From: Tricharina praecox
Taxonomy: Eukaryota
Length of the DNA: 64,000 bases
Direction: 5' to 3'
Assembly: GCF_024521635.1 (NCBI RefSeq)
Contig: NW_026250421.1
Location: 558,001-622,000, forward strand
The first letter of the stretch is position 1. Every line of letters starts with the position of its first letter. Below, piece by piece: positions 33,483-46,291 of the stretch. The notes under the pieces were generated by a model. That model was given only the letters and a program-made list of their open reading frames with translations. It did not search any database and had not been told where the DNA came from. The position numbers were made by a program, and so were the translations under genes.

Positions 33483-36400
33483 CACTTGTACAAAAAATAA
33501 TGAAGGATGGTTTCTGGCTGTATCGTACATATATCTTGTCGGGTTGATTGACCTCCTTCCCGTCTTTTTCCCTTTCTTTCTCTGTGTCTTTGATCTTTGT
33601 CTCGCTTCCTTAACTTGGGCATCTTCTGGATTTTCATTTGGCATGTTTCTTCCGTTATTCATCATCTTCCCCATCTTCTTCTTCTTCTTCTTCTTCTTCT
33701 TCTTCTTCTGGATCACTGATAGCCGTGTGGACCCTGTGGATACTTTCCCCTATCTATTCTTTTTCCTCCTTGTTTCTTTGTATTCCGCGTTTTTGTTTAT
33801 TTGGGGTTTTGGGGCATTGGATTTGGGGAGGGGGTGGGCTTGGGGGAAGGTGTGGATGTGGATGCTATGTAGATGGATGGAGTAGTTGGAGACCTCGTTG
33901 TGTTGTGTTGTTTCGAAGCAGGGCGTTTGTTCTCTTCTGGGGGATGTACAGATGTTCTTGGCCTGGGCAAAATATTGACCTTCTTGGGTCCTGCGTGCCT
34001 CGTTTTGACGCTGCGGATGCCGGATATGCATGGCTCGTGAATACATGTTCTTACATACTCGACCTGGACCTATGTACGGCCAAGTGGAAGACCTCCCTGA
34101 CTCTGTAGAGGCCTCCTCACCGCGGCTTGCAGAATGTTTGAAACCCTGACGACGACGAAAGATACTACTATTCCTCTTGCAGAGAATGCCGTGTGGAGTA
34201 ACTATCCCTACCTCATACTTGGATACGGCTTCCTCCGACGACCACCGATCGATCTCTCGGATCTCCCGTCGTATCTAATTGTATCTAATTCAAATCCCTC
34301 TCGTATGTATGTACGGTAGGTATTACCGTCAACGGTTTAAGCACAAGCGTGCGTATCATGAATATACCGCGGACAGCTCCCCGAACTAGGTAGGTTATGT
34401 GGGCCAGCCGCCACACCATAGCCGTTACCATAGCCGTTGCGCACCATAGCATGCATCATAGCATGCATCATAGCATGCAGCAGAGCACGCATCATCGTCT
34501 TTCTTTTCCTTTTCTTTCCCTTAACTTTCGCCATAGTCTAGACGGGCTGCATGCGAAACAAACTGAAGATCTCCCTCTCTCTCTCTTTCCTTTAACTAAC
34601 TAGCCTGGAGGACATTCCGCTCCTCCCTCCCTTCCTTCCCCCTCGCCCCGGGTCGGCCCGCCACCATCCACTACCGGTATCCATCCATCCATCCGCCATC
34701 CACCATTGATCACCTATCCACCATCCATCGTCCATCTAACCCTATCTATGTAACAGGTGCATACCCTCACAAACGAGTAGTTATGTAGGGTAGTGTGGGA
34801 TTCGGAGGTAGGGGCGGCTCTGTGCTGCGGAGAATGGGGAGCGGCGGTATCGGGCAGGCCCGATGCGGTCGTTCAATGTTGAAAGTTGAAACGTTCTCTG
34901 TGGCCGCTTTTATGTTCGTCTCTCTTGTTAACACATCGGACTTCAGACATTACCAACCACCACAGATAATCCCCCATGTAAAAGTTCATAGGCCTGGTTT
35001 TCTTTCTTGTTACTTGGTACTTATTGCTTTTCTAGTCCAGTTCATCAGTTCATCAGTTGCCCGTAGATATGCCGTATGCACCCGTCGAGAACCCCTCGTA
35101 AGGATAGCCGTTAGCCGCCCTATAACTACCTAACCGGTAGCGTGATTATGTTTTTTGTGCTGCCCACGAAATCCGGGGTTTGCTAGATGATCCGCAACAA
35201 GGGTGCGGCCCGGCTCGCTCCCTCCTTCCCTCCCTCCTTCCCTCCCTCCCTTCTGCCTGCGAATCCTGTCTGTCTCCTTCTCGGCTGGATAAAAAATGAA
35301 AAGAAAGAAATAACGGGCGGATATAGTGCACTAAATATATAGAGTAGAGTGGGTAGAGTAGACGCGCATGTGCTCGCAGACAAAGAAACCGCTCTCCTGG
35401 TTCAAGCGCTAAGATACTGTGCGTGGCTTGAGCCTGGAGCTGACCCGGCTGAGGGCTGACTGGGGGCTGACTGGGGGATGACCGGTCGCTGGGGCCATTG
35501 GAGAGACGGTCCGCTTTTACCGGTCGTGGCTCGTGCGCGCGCACACTCAACCACAACCCAACATCAACCCAAACCCAAACCCCAACCCCGGTTGAGTGAT
35601 ACAATATGATACATGTCCAAGCAGTAGCACACAAGTTACAGCCGTCATCTGCAGCAAGCGAAGTGTTCGAGCGGGAGCTGAGGCGAGAGGAGGAGGAGGA
35701 GGATGAACCGGGAACACTCCCGCTGTTCCTGTCCACGCCCACGCCCTCTTTCATCATTTCATCATTTCGTGGCATCTCGCATCTCCTGTTGAAGAGGCAG
35801 GAGGAGCGGACTGTTCTTTCCTATGTACCGTAGGTAGGTTTATTTCCCCGGCCTTTGGTGCGCTCATATACTTACCTCTTACCTATCCTCGAAGGGACAG
35901 ACCAGACCAGCGCTGAGCGGAGGGCAGGGCAGTGAAAGCCACATCACATCGGGCCGCCGCTCGATGAAAGTTGGATTGGGTTGGACAGTGGCGTGGAACG
36001 GGAGTATGACCGAGGCGGATACCTATTGTCATGATCTAGATTCTACACGGGTCGCATGCAACCCACCAATGAATAAACAAAAAAAACAGCACCACCACAC
36101 AACCACCGCCACCACCACCACTACCACCACCACCACCATGCAAGCCATCGTTTCCAGATACACAGACGTCGGATGGAATCCCCATTCCCATCCCCATCCC
36201 CAACCAAAGGGCTTAAGCGAACCCTTGTGCCCTTACTTAGTGGGTCGCATTGCCCAAAGCCAAAAGCCAAAAGCCTTTTCATCCCCGACCTGCCGTATGT
36301 ACAGGCTACATGCCCGACGGTACGGGAAGCGAGCTGCTGTGACAGTGTCTATGAGGCCTCCGTGAGTCCATCTTATGTGTACTTCTAGGCTTGTAAACTC

Positions 36401-38011
36401 CTAGACTCCTGGACTCCTATCTACTTGGGAGGTATGATTTCAATGTTCGAAGTTCGAAGTTCAAACCCTGAGGTACACAGCATACATAGACTTTTCAAGA
36501 AGTGCAAGAGTGCTAGAAGTGCAAGAACGAGTACCTACACCGGCCCTGGCCCCCGATGTTCACTTTGAGCTCGCACTGCGCAATCCTCCGCCACGCCCCC
36601 CTCCACGAAAAATACCCGCCGTTAACTTAATGGTCGAGCTCGGAGCTGTGTCGTCGCGCGCCGAGTGATCGCCCCGTGAAGCTACAGACGCATATACATG
36701 AACCCCAAGAGTTCCAACTTCCCGGTTCCCCGGTGGTGGTGATGAGAATGCAGGAGTTGCAGCCGGCCATTACATATGCACTGGTACTTGATTAGGTACA
36801 CTCACTCCATACGCTTCCGACCTTAGATCGGGGGGGTGGGAGGGTGGTCCCCCATAGGCACGGTACGGGTACGGTATCATGCGGCCACTTGGGCCGCCTC
36901 CAGTTACCCACTCCAAAAACAGCCGATATGTACATACATACAAAAGATGTCTCTCGATATGTGTCAGTTATCTTTTTTTTCCGCGCGTGCTTCATGTAGG
37001 GGAGGTGGTAAAAAGGAAAAATGTACCTAAGGAAAAGGGAAAAAGCAAGGAAACTCCCTATTGATGATACTCATTCTACCGTACCGGACCGGCGACGGGC
37101 GAGGACGTGCCCCTTAACAGATGGCCGGTCTAACATAGTTACTAGTACCGTATGTACGGTATTGTACGGCATGTACGGCATGCAATTACATATCATACAC
37201 GCGGTCGGGCTATTGTTGGAATGCCTCCGACTCTCCGACAGTCCGACTATCCAGGCTCCGACTCTCCGAGCGAGCGAGCGAGGTCGGAGGAGGATCGTGG
37301 AAAAGAGAAGAAAAGAAAACCTATGGACATATGTAAATCAAACCGTGAGAACGGCCCAGGCCGCCAACTCGACGTTTTGCTTTTGCTTGATTGATATGTA
37401 GGCGTGGCGTGGCGAGGCGGGGCGGGCAAGGGAGAAGGGGAGAAGTGGTCCGTGGAGAAGTCCAAAAATCAGCAGCAGCTCATGGCTGCATATGCAACTG
37501 CAACTGCAAGTTTTTTTGTTCTCCTTATATGCACCGTTCATGTCTCGGGAAAAACAAACGATGGATGCCCACAACGGACCGGACGCACCACGGTCCACCA
37601 CTCCATCGCAACCAACCAGCCAACCAAACCAACCAACCAACCAACCAACCAACCAGCAAGCCAGCAAGCCAGCAAGCCACAACTCGCGTGATGCAGTGGG
37701 CTTTCCAGGGACCGTGGACCAAGGTTCATCGAGCTCGTGCATCCCTCCCATCCTAATGGTGCACGTAAACGAACAAGCAAGCCGGTTGGACGCTCGCACT
37801 CGTATTGCCCCGAACTCCAAATGCCCGAACTCGAAATGCCCGAGCCCGGGCTCCTCCATGAGATCTCAATACCGACATCTAATTTATTTTCAACGAGCAA
37901 AAAAAGAAACCTTTTGGTGAATACCATAAACAAACGCCAAGTGCCCACAAAATAACCCAAAACAACGCATGATCAGAAGTCAGAAGCCCCCAAGGTTTTT
38001 GCTGTGTTGTC

Positions 38012-39017
38012 TTACGCCGACTGCGGGATAAGCGCGTACTCGAGCTGCCCGCTCCTCTCGAACTCAGCCATGTCCAGGGCCACCTCGGCGCTCTCCCTGA
38101 CCACCCTCTCCTCGTCTTTGGCATACTCCTTGAGGAACTCCTCCACCCGCTCATCTGCGATACTGCCAAGCGCCTCGACCGCCTCGTGCCGCACCATCGA
38201 CGCCTCGCTCTTGTTGCCGGCCGCCTTGATTAGGGCTGGGATCGAGTGTGGGTCCGACAACTGGCCGAACACGAATGCAATCTATCACCATGTGAGCCGT
38301 CGTCGTCCGGACATCAACCAGAAAAGAGGGCGGGGAAAAAAAAAAGAAAACCGCAATTACCTCGTGCCTAAACAGAGCACTAGGATCGTCCAGGCCACTG
38401 GCGAGCGCATCGATAGCCTCCGGCGATGCAATGTCCCTAAGCCTGAACATGGCGCGGTAGCGCTCAAATAGCGGCACGGACTGATCATTCAGCTTCATCT
38501 GCAGCTTCGCACAGTCGACCTCCTTGACAGTTCCGGGGAGCGGAGGAGCGGGATCGATGCTTGCGAACGCGCTTGTCTGCAGCAGCTCCGTTTTCGCCGC
38601 CTCGCTGGCCTCCCACTCGATGCGGGCGACCGCCAGCTCGCACGTCTGCGAGATCACCTCCTCCTTGTGGCCGATGTAGCTGCGCAGCAGCTCCAGCGAC
38701 GGCGTGTGGCCGAGCGCGCCGAGAGCTTCGCCGGCTTCGTGGCGGACCATAGAGTCTTCGGCCTCGTCTTGCAGCACGGCTTGCAGTGGCGCCGCCGCCG
38801 AGAATTGCTTGCTCTGCCCGAGGCAGTAGGCGAGCTCGTGCTTGAGCAGTGCGGAGTTCGAGACGAACGCCGCCGCAATCGCTTCCACTGCGGAGGTGTT
38901 GCCTTGCGTGGCTAGGTGCTTCAGCGAGAAGAGGGCGCGGAAACGGAGGGCGAGGTTCGGTGAGGCGTCATCGCACAGGATGCGGCAGAGCTCGGGCACA
39001 GGGTCGGTAATGGTCAT
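38012..39017 (-). CDS. LIA1: Deoxyhypusine hydroxylase
   Basis: HEAT repeats with four HE motifs ([32 protein letters not shown]). Intron 38282-38360. Confidence 0.95.
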
Positions 39018-39318
39018 TGTGGCTGCTTGGTCGTATGGGGAATTGGTCTGGTTTCTGAAAGTTGATGTTTTTTTCGAGCTCGTTTGTTTGGTTTGGTTTG
39101 GTTTGGTTTGGTGGGGCGAGATGAGGGACCCCGCGATCAAGATAGAAATTCTAGCAAAGTCTAGGCATCTGATAACTATAAACTGTGTGTGACATGCTGG
39201 CACGTGCTCATCTGTGTTTGTACCTCCTCCTACGCCCACTCTCCATCATTTGACAAACTCTCCAAAAACTCTCCAAAAACTCTGTATTCTATTCTGCGCA
39301 CAAAATTCATTCTTCCCC

Positions 39319-39815
39319 ATGGGTTCCGTTGTTCTTCCCCACCTAAACACCGGCTGGCTTGTTGACCAGACCATATTGACCGAGGAAGACCGCCTAGTGG
39401 TCATCCGTTTTGGACGTGACTGGGACCCGGACTGCATGCGACAGGATGAGGTTCTCTACCGTGAGATCACTTCTCTCCTCCATCCTTTTTTTTTGTGATG
39501 TATGATCCATCTAACCTCTTCCTAGGCATCGCCGATAGAGTCAAAAACTTCGCTGTTGTCTACGTTTGCGACATCGACAAAGTCCCCGAATTCAACAAGA
39601 TTTACGAGCTCTACGACCCCATGACCGTCATGTTCTTCTTCCGTAACAGACACATGAAGTGTGATTTCGGCACGGGAAATAACAACAAGATGAACTGAGT
39701 TCTGGAGGATAAACAGGAGTTAATTGGCATCATCGAGGCCATCTACCGGGACGCTAGGAGGGGTCGTGGTCAAGCGGTTTCGCCCAAGGACTACAGTACT
39801 AGTTACAGGTATTAG
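39319..39815 (+). CDS. DIB1: U5 snRNP thioredoxin-like protein Dib1/Dim1, interrupted by an in-frame TGA at 39696-39698 (possible pseudogene or recoded gene)
   Basis: MGSVVLPHL...RLVVIRFGRDWDPDCMRQDEVLY, intron 39461-39525, then ...DFGTGNNNKMN*VLEDKQELI...VSPKDYSTSYRY*. Confidence 0.9.
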
Positions 39816-39949
39816 GTTTGTGGGATTTGGTTGGACGGTGTTTTGATGGATCACAGGAGTTGGCGTTTCATTGTCTGATTGGGTTTAATTGGTTGGATAC
39901 CCATTAATTACCTCCTGCTGCTAGAGGGGTTGAATTGAACTCATCTATT

Positions 39950-40804
39950 CTATCGCTTGAGCTCCCTGAGCACCTTAACCGCGTCGGCCTCTGCGTTCAA
40001 GTCTCCAAACAGTCCCATAACATTTAAGCACCTTACTTGATCCCCCTTAGCTTTCGACTCCCTTAGTGCGCTCCGTAGGTCAATCAAGAGCGTCTCTTTG
40101 CACTTCTTCATCTTCGGCTCCTGCGCCTTCAAAAACGGGTGATCTGTCGGTATTCTGGGCAGCAGAAACCCCACGATGTAGACCCAGCTGTCCACCAGCT
40201 TCTGCAGCCGCTTTGTGCTGGTCAATCCCTCACCATCCTCCAGGAAACCCGGCGGACCCGTTCCAGAGTCGGTTCCGTCTAACAGCAGCAGCGACGAGAG
40301 TTCATCCAGCCGCTGCATCAGAGCCAACAGATTCCTGGCCAGAGCCTATCCCGTCAGCCCCTTCCACTCAGCCAGACCGGCGAAATCAAGTACCTTCTCT
40401 TGCCTGATCCGCTCCTTGACTCTGAGCTCCTTCTCGACCTCCGACTTCGTAGCCTCAATAGCCTTGACAATGACCTCGAGCTCCCTGCGGAAACCGAGCA
40501 ATCCGACCTTCAGGTCCTCGACCCTGCTCTCACCGCCTTTCACCGAGCTGCCCAACCCCACAAAGTCCGCATAGTCCCTGTTGACGAGCTCGACAAGCTC
40601 GCTCTCGAGGTTCTTGGAGCGCGTGCGCAGCTCCGCTCGCAGATCTTCGAGCGTCTGGTGCCGGTTCCGCAGCGAGGCGAGGAAGGCATGCGGCGAAAAG
40701 TCGGTTGAGCTCGGCGAGAACGCGTCTTGTGCCAGTGGCTCGGGAAAGGGCAGGTCGCTGTCACTGTCTCCGTCGCTGTCGGCCGGACCGAGTTGGAAGG
40801 CCAT
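39950..40804 (-). CDS. COG2: Conserved oligomeric Golgi complex subunit 2-like protein
   Basis: LPFPEPL...FLASLRNRHQTLEDLR.EL...LVELVNRDYADFVGLG matches the COG2 N-terminal domain. Intron 40346-40393. Confidence 0.85.
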
Positions 40805-41026
40805 GGTGAACTTGAGGGGTGGAGAGGGACGCTACTCTAGGTTGGGATCACTTAAGGGTAGTGTAAGTAGCGTAGTCCTGGGAGCCGCAGACACGGGTTA
40901 GGGTTTTCTGCGCGTCTTCTCGGTCGCGCATCGAATAGGCCTGGACCTTCCTTCTTACCACTGTGCATTCGTTTCCCTGGACACTCCTAACAGCAATTCA
41001 CCACAACAGACAACAAGCAAGCAGAC

Positions 41027-42759
41027 ATGGACAAGTACACGGATCACCTCGCCCAAGAGGTGATAGGAGATAGGAAGATTGTCAGTAACATTGTTTCCGC
41101 AGTAACCACAAGAGAGAGACAAACTGACTAGACTAGATCACCTACAGACAGCTCAGTCGCACCCTCAAAGTCCACGTCAATGTGGCCAAAGAGTATACCT
41201 CCTTCATCTGGTTCACTCAAGAACGAATGGGCTCAAGCTGACTTCCTTCTCAGGATGCTCTACGACTTCTACACCGTCCAGAACTCGAACGAGCCCGATG
41301 CCGTCCACGCCAACTACATGCTCACCGGCTACCGCCAGGAAGAGGACAAGAAGAAGGTTGAAGGGGCGGAGGGAGAAGATACGCACATGGAGGCATCGCC
41401 TTTCGAGGCTACACAGCAGCCGGACAAGGCTCTCGTGAGGTCTATTGTCGTCGTTCCTCAGGAGAAGCTCACAGGTACTACTCCCATCACCCCTAGCTCC
41501 TCCGGTACACTCACTAACTTACTCACCATCTCTAGAGGCAAAGGCGAAATTCTCAAGGCTCTCGAGCATCCACATCTACAGTCTGCAGTCGACCAAGCTC
41601 ACGGTACCACCTACGCTACACCCCCACCCCAACCTCCACCACACAATTCGTTTGCTGACGAAAGTAGGATCTACACATGGTCTCTGCTGCCGCCCAGGAG
41701 GTACTGGAGAGTGTCCAAGGCGAGGAAGCCAAAGAGATGGGACGGGTGTACGGAACGATCTCGAACCCTGAAGCGAAGGTAGACTTGAACAACTACTACT
41801 TATGATTTTCGACTATGGGAATATATGGACATTTGCTGAATCGTGCCCGGTGAACTTACAGCTCCGCTCCCAGCGCACGGTGATGTTGCAGACTGCCTCA
41901 CAGGCTCCGAAGAAGCCGGCCGCCTCCTCTATTACTACTCCCGGTCCGAAGAAGAAGACCGCCGCCAAAACTTCTCCCACAGAAAAGAAGAAGCCGGCGG
42001 CCAAGAAGTCGAATCCCCTCGCCTCCGCGTTTGCGAAGAAGCCGGAGGCGAAAGAGCAGCCTGCTACGAAGGAGAAAGCAACCCCTGAAAAGGCCGAGTC
42101 TGTGCCGGGAAAGGCCACCGAATCTGCGGCCAGCAAGAAAACGGCGAACGCCTTCTTCTCGAACTGGAATGCCGCTAGTCAGAAGGCGAAGGAAAAGAAG
42201 GGGAACTCCCAGGTCAGTCAGGTAAGCCACCCTCGGGGGTGATGGCTATATTGGAGTATTTATTAACGGCGGTAAATAGGCTACATCCCAGAGTCCCCCT
42301 GCCGAACCCAAGGACGAGAAGATGGAGTCTGACTCGGAGGCCGAGGAGCCTGCGCCCCCCGCTCGTGACATGGACGAAGACATCCGCAAGCGCAAAGCCA
42401 AGCGGGACGCGATCGAGGCCATGATGGACATGTCGGATGAGGAGAAGTCGCCTCCGACGAAGAAGAAGGCGCGTTCGCCATCGCCACCAGCCAAAACCGA
42501 GAGTCCTGAGCCGCCGCCAGCTAGCGGCCAGTCGGGCAGGAGACGCGGAAAGAGAAAGATCACCAAGAAAGTCACCAGTAAAGATGACGAGGGATATCTT
42601 GTCGTCAAGATGGAGAGCGTGTGGGAGAGCTATTCGGAAGATGAGGCGCCAGCCTCACCCAAGCCCAAACCGAAGGCCACTCCTGCTGCTGCCGCGAAGA
42701 AGGGGAAGAAACTGCCGCCACAGCAGGGCACATTAAATAACTTTTTCCAGAAGAAGTAG
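41027..42759 (+). CDS. POL32: DNA polymerase delta subunit 3 (Pol32/Cdc27), multi-exon
   Basis: ITYRQLSRTLKVHVNVAKEMLYDF N-terminus; KKVTSKDDEGYLV motif; C-terminal PIP box QGTLNNFF. Confidence 0.9.
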
Positions 42760-42904
42760 ATTTGTTAGGGAACATGGTGAATGCATGGTGTATCATAGTT
42801 TGTTTTCTTTCCGCGAGTAATAATAATGATGGGATTTGATCTATGATTATGACTGTACAATCGGATATCGCCAAACGCCTTTTCTTTCGCCACTCCGTTC
42901 TTCC

Positions 42905-43393
42905 TCAATTGTTGGTGTTGAACCGATGGCCACACTCACACCTGTAGAAAACCGTAGCCTATCCTCCTCCATCAGCCTCCCCGCCCCGTCACTCCCAGGA
43001 CAGCAGTTACTTACACCTTCATCGGCACTCCGCAGCTGCAGTGTGTAAAACCACATCTCTGGACTGCTGCACTCGGGACACACCTGCGAGATCTTCGCCT
43101 CGGTGTGCAAATCCTCCGGCGCAATAGTCTGCACGGCCGACCGCTTCAGCCTTAGCGAGGAGGGGAACGCTGCCGCGGTCGACTGAGTAGTGGTAGATTG
43201 CGTTGCGTCGTCTGTTCGCACACGTTCATCATTAGCACGAGAGGATGCGAGGGAGGGGGTGGGTGGGGGTGCGCGGGGAAGGACCGGTCGTGACGGAGTG
43301 GCACATCTCGCAGGTGAGTTTGTCGCTGCCCGGCGAGCGATCGAGGAGGTTGCCGCAGTCGGCGCAGAAGACGAGGGTGCCGACTTTTGACAT
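42905..43393 (-). CDS. RPA12: RNA polymerase I subunit A12.2
   Basis: FCADCGNLL zinc ribbon and TFIIS-like CPEC...YTLQLRSADEGATVFYRCECGHRF. Introns 43212-43284 and 42959-43014. Confidence 0.93.
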
Positions 43394-44161
43394 TGCGATT
43401 TGCCGGCTGTGCGTGGAGATGTGGAGGTGGAGGTGGCGAGCTGCGGTGGGTTGGTGGACGGCAACGGCGACGGCGGCGGTGGGGTGGTGGATGTGGAGGT
43501 TGGTGGATGCGGGAAGGTTATTTTTTGACAGGGATTGCCTTCGCGTGTGCTCTGGAGTCTGCGCGTGCAAAGGAACTTTCTTCGTGCTACTTGGGCCCAT
43601 GATGGATCACTCGGCTGGCTGCGTTTCGGGACTTTCCGAACAGGCTGTCCGTACGGGTGCTTGGGTCGCATGCAATCAATGGTTAAACAACACAAAATAC
43701 ATATCGGTACGGGTGACAGTTGTAGGTTTACTTGCCCAATATCACTTCCAACACAGCGGACTTCATGCCGGCGTTCAGCTAGTATTAATGACGGTTGACA
43801 GCTTCAGTGATCTTCTTCGCTCTGGCCATATAGAGGCACAAGCTTCGCCATCAATAGAGGACTACGATATTACTCTATAGCCACAGCTTCGCAATATGCG
43901 GCGAAGAAGATCGATAGCTGTCGCCCTCAAAACATCCTCCGCCTTCCCCCTCTATATACCCCGCACTCCGGATTAGGTTCATGGGTAGATTACTCCAGAT
44001 CCAGGCTATGCAGCGCAATTTATCAAAACGTCGTCCGTTTGTCGTGACGCACGACATAGGTACATGAACCTGCAGGGTGTGCACAGACCACCGGCTATCC
44101 CCGCCTTCGCAGCTCCCCGCAATACACCTCGCACCGCCCCACCCCGCGCTCACCACAAGCC

Positions 44162-45011
44162 ATGGCCGCCACCGCCGCAGTCTACGGAAACTACAAGGGT
44201 ATATACCTCCCCCCGAGGCGGCGACTATCACTAACGCCCATAGGCTACCAGGGCTCCGCCCGCACGACGACGGGCTCCAACACGAGCAGCAACATTCTCG
44301 ACGAGCGGCTTGGGCTCGTGTCCACCGCGGTGCCGTCGATCTTCTCTCACAGTCGGGTTCTTGACATCGGGTGCAACGACGGGCGCGTAGCGGTCGACAT
44401 CGCGCTGCACTTCGGTCCCGCGGCCGTCACCGGCCTCGACCCGGACGGCGCCCTGATCGTGAAGGCGAAGTCGCACCTGTCTTTCCGGTGGTCGCGGTTG
44501 GGTCCGAACGGCGAGGTTGATTACTACCCTGCCTCCGCGGTCCAGAAGACCGGTCATGTGCCGTATCCGCTGGATGAAGGTGGCGAGGGCTTGCCGCATT
44601 GTGTTAGGTTCGCAAAGGCGGATTTTGTGGATTGGGAGGGCGCCGGGGAGGGGAGCTGCAGCACTGTGCTTATGCTCAGTGTCGTTAAGTGGATCCATTT
44701 GGAGCATGGGGATGAGGGTATTGTGCTTCCACATCCCTCTCGGGCAACTGATGCTAATGATGCTAGGACTTACACGCGCGTTTGCCAAAGTCGCCGCGCT
44801 GCTAGAGGTCGGCGGGCACTTCGTCTTTGAGCCGCAAGACGCGAAGAGTTACGAGACAGCGGTGAAGAAGAATCCGAGATTGAAAGAGAAGAAGGCAGCA
44901 TTGAAAATCGAGCCCGAGGATTTTACGAGGATGCTGGAGGAGGTGGGATTGGAGCTTGTGCATGAAATTGGGGGGAGGAAGAGGAGTATTGGTATTTGGA
45001 GGAAGAAGTGA
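44162..45011 (+). CDS. BIN3: Bin3/MePCE-family SAM-dependent RNA methyltransferase (Bmc1-like)
   Basis: YGNY.GY N-terminal motif, VLDIGCNDG, LSVVKWIHL.HGDEGL, FEPQ..SY. Introns 44199-44243 and 44718-44766. Confidence 0.88.
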
Positions 45012-46291
45012 ATGGGATCTTTGAGGCAATGATGCCAATCGCTACAGATTCGTTGGCAAAGGGTGAGTGAGTGGCAGTGAACCAAGTGAGAAACAGTGAT
45101 CAGTCTCATCGGCGTTATCACCACCATCGACTCAAAACTCTACGGCAATAGGTAGTTCAAGCAAACAGTATAGAGTAGTATTTATCACCGAGCCACATAC
45201 TTATGATCCTTATGGATTCAGCGCTCGCCACCTGGCTCCATACCATCCCACCGCCATCAAATCCTCGCCCTCTCATTCCCCCGCCATCAAATCCTCGCCC
45301 TTTCATTCCCTCCTCGTATCGTGCACCCAACCAACCAACAGCAATAGACACAGTAAACGACAGAGACAGAAGAATCACAGCAACCGCACAATTACGCCCA
45401 ACCCGCCCAACGCAAGCCCAAAGAATAACGACAGAAACAGAGACAGAAACGAGCGCGCTATCGAACATCTTTCCCTCGCCACAGAACAGAGCAGAGCAAA
45501 ACAAAGGGTTCCGTAAGATAGAATAGAGTACACCATAAAAAAACGAACACGCACGCAACGCAAGTTCAAGCAAGCAAGCAAGCTCCAGACGCACGCAACC
45601 CCCCATAAAGACCGATAAAAGCAACCCTCGCAGTAGCAGCGCAATCGCAATAGGAAAATGCGTAGAACAATAGAAGAGGAGGAAAGGGGATAAGAAAGAA
45701 AGCCATTCATCATTTATAGTATTCCAAGCATGTGCGGAGTCGAATGAAAAAGAGCAAAAAAAAGAGACATTAAGAACCACACAAGAGAACAATCTCGTAA
45801 CCATTCGTCCCTCTCCCACCTCCGTGTCCAGTCCATAGCCCATAACCCATCCCCACCGTGCCAATGTATGCTGGATCTCTGGACAAGCATCGAAAAGAAG
45901 TGAGTAGCAAAAGCGCGGCATGTAAACGCATGCACTGCATTCCAAAGGGACATGGCGGAGGTGGAGGTAGAGAAATGCCTATCAACACAGCCAACCAAAC
46001 CAGAACACCCAACAAAGGCGGTAAGCACACGCAAGATATCACACCGAAATCAAAAGCAAGGGAAAAGAAATGAAGCAAAAAGACAAGTCCCAAACAAAGC
46101 TCTCGAAAAGTAAACGTAAGCGTAAAGAAAAAGAGGGTAAGACTAGTTAAACACAGCCTCTAAAATGATGCATATGCATGCCTGCAACATGGGTAGACGA
46201 GGAAAAACAATCACATGGTGACAATGCCAATCGAAAGACATCAACACTGACCGGAGTTTATCACCCGCGCAAATGAGTGTCACGTACTCAT

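Noticed and set aside
33490..37960. Many short ORFs downstream of the velvet gene
   Set aside because: Low-complexity UTR/intergenic microsatellite sequence with no coding signal.
39696..39698. Selenocysteine interpretation of the DIB1 TGA
   Set aside because: The position is Trp rather than Cys in homologs, Dikarya lack Sec machinery, and no SECIS-like element is visible.
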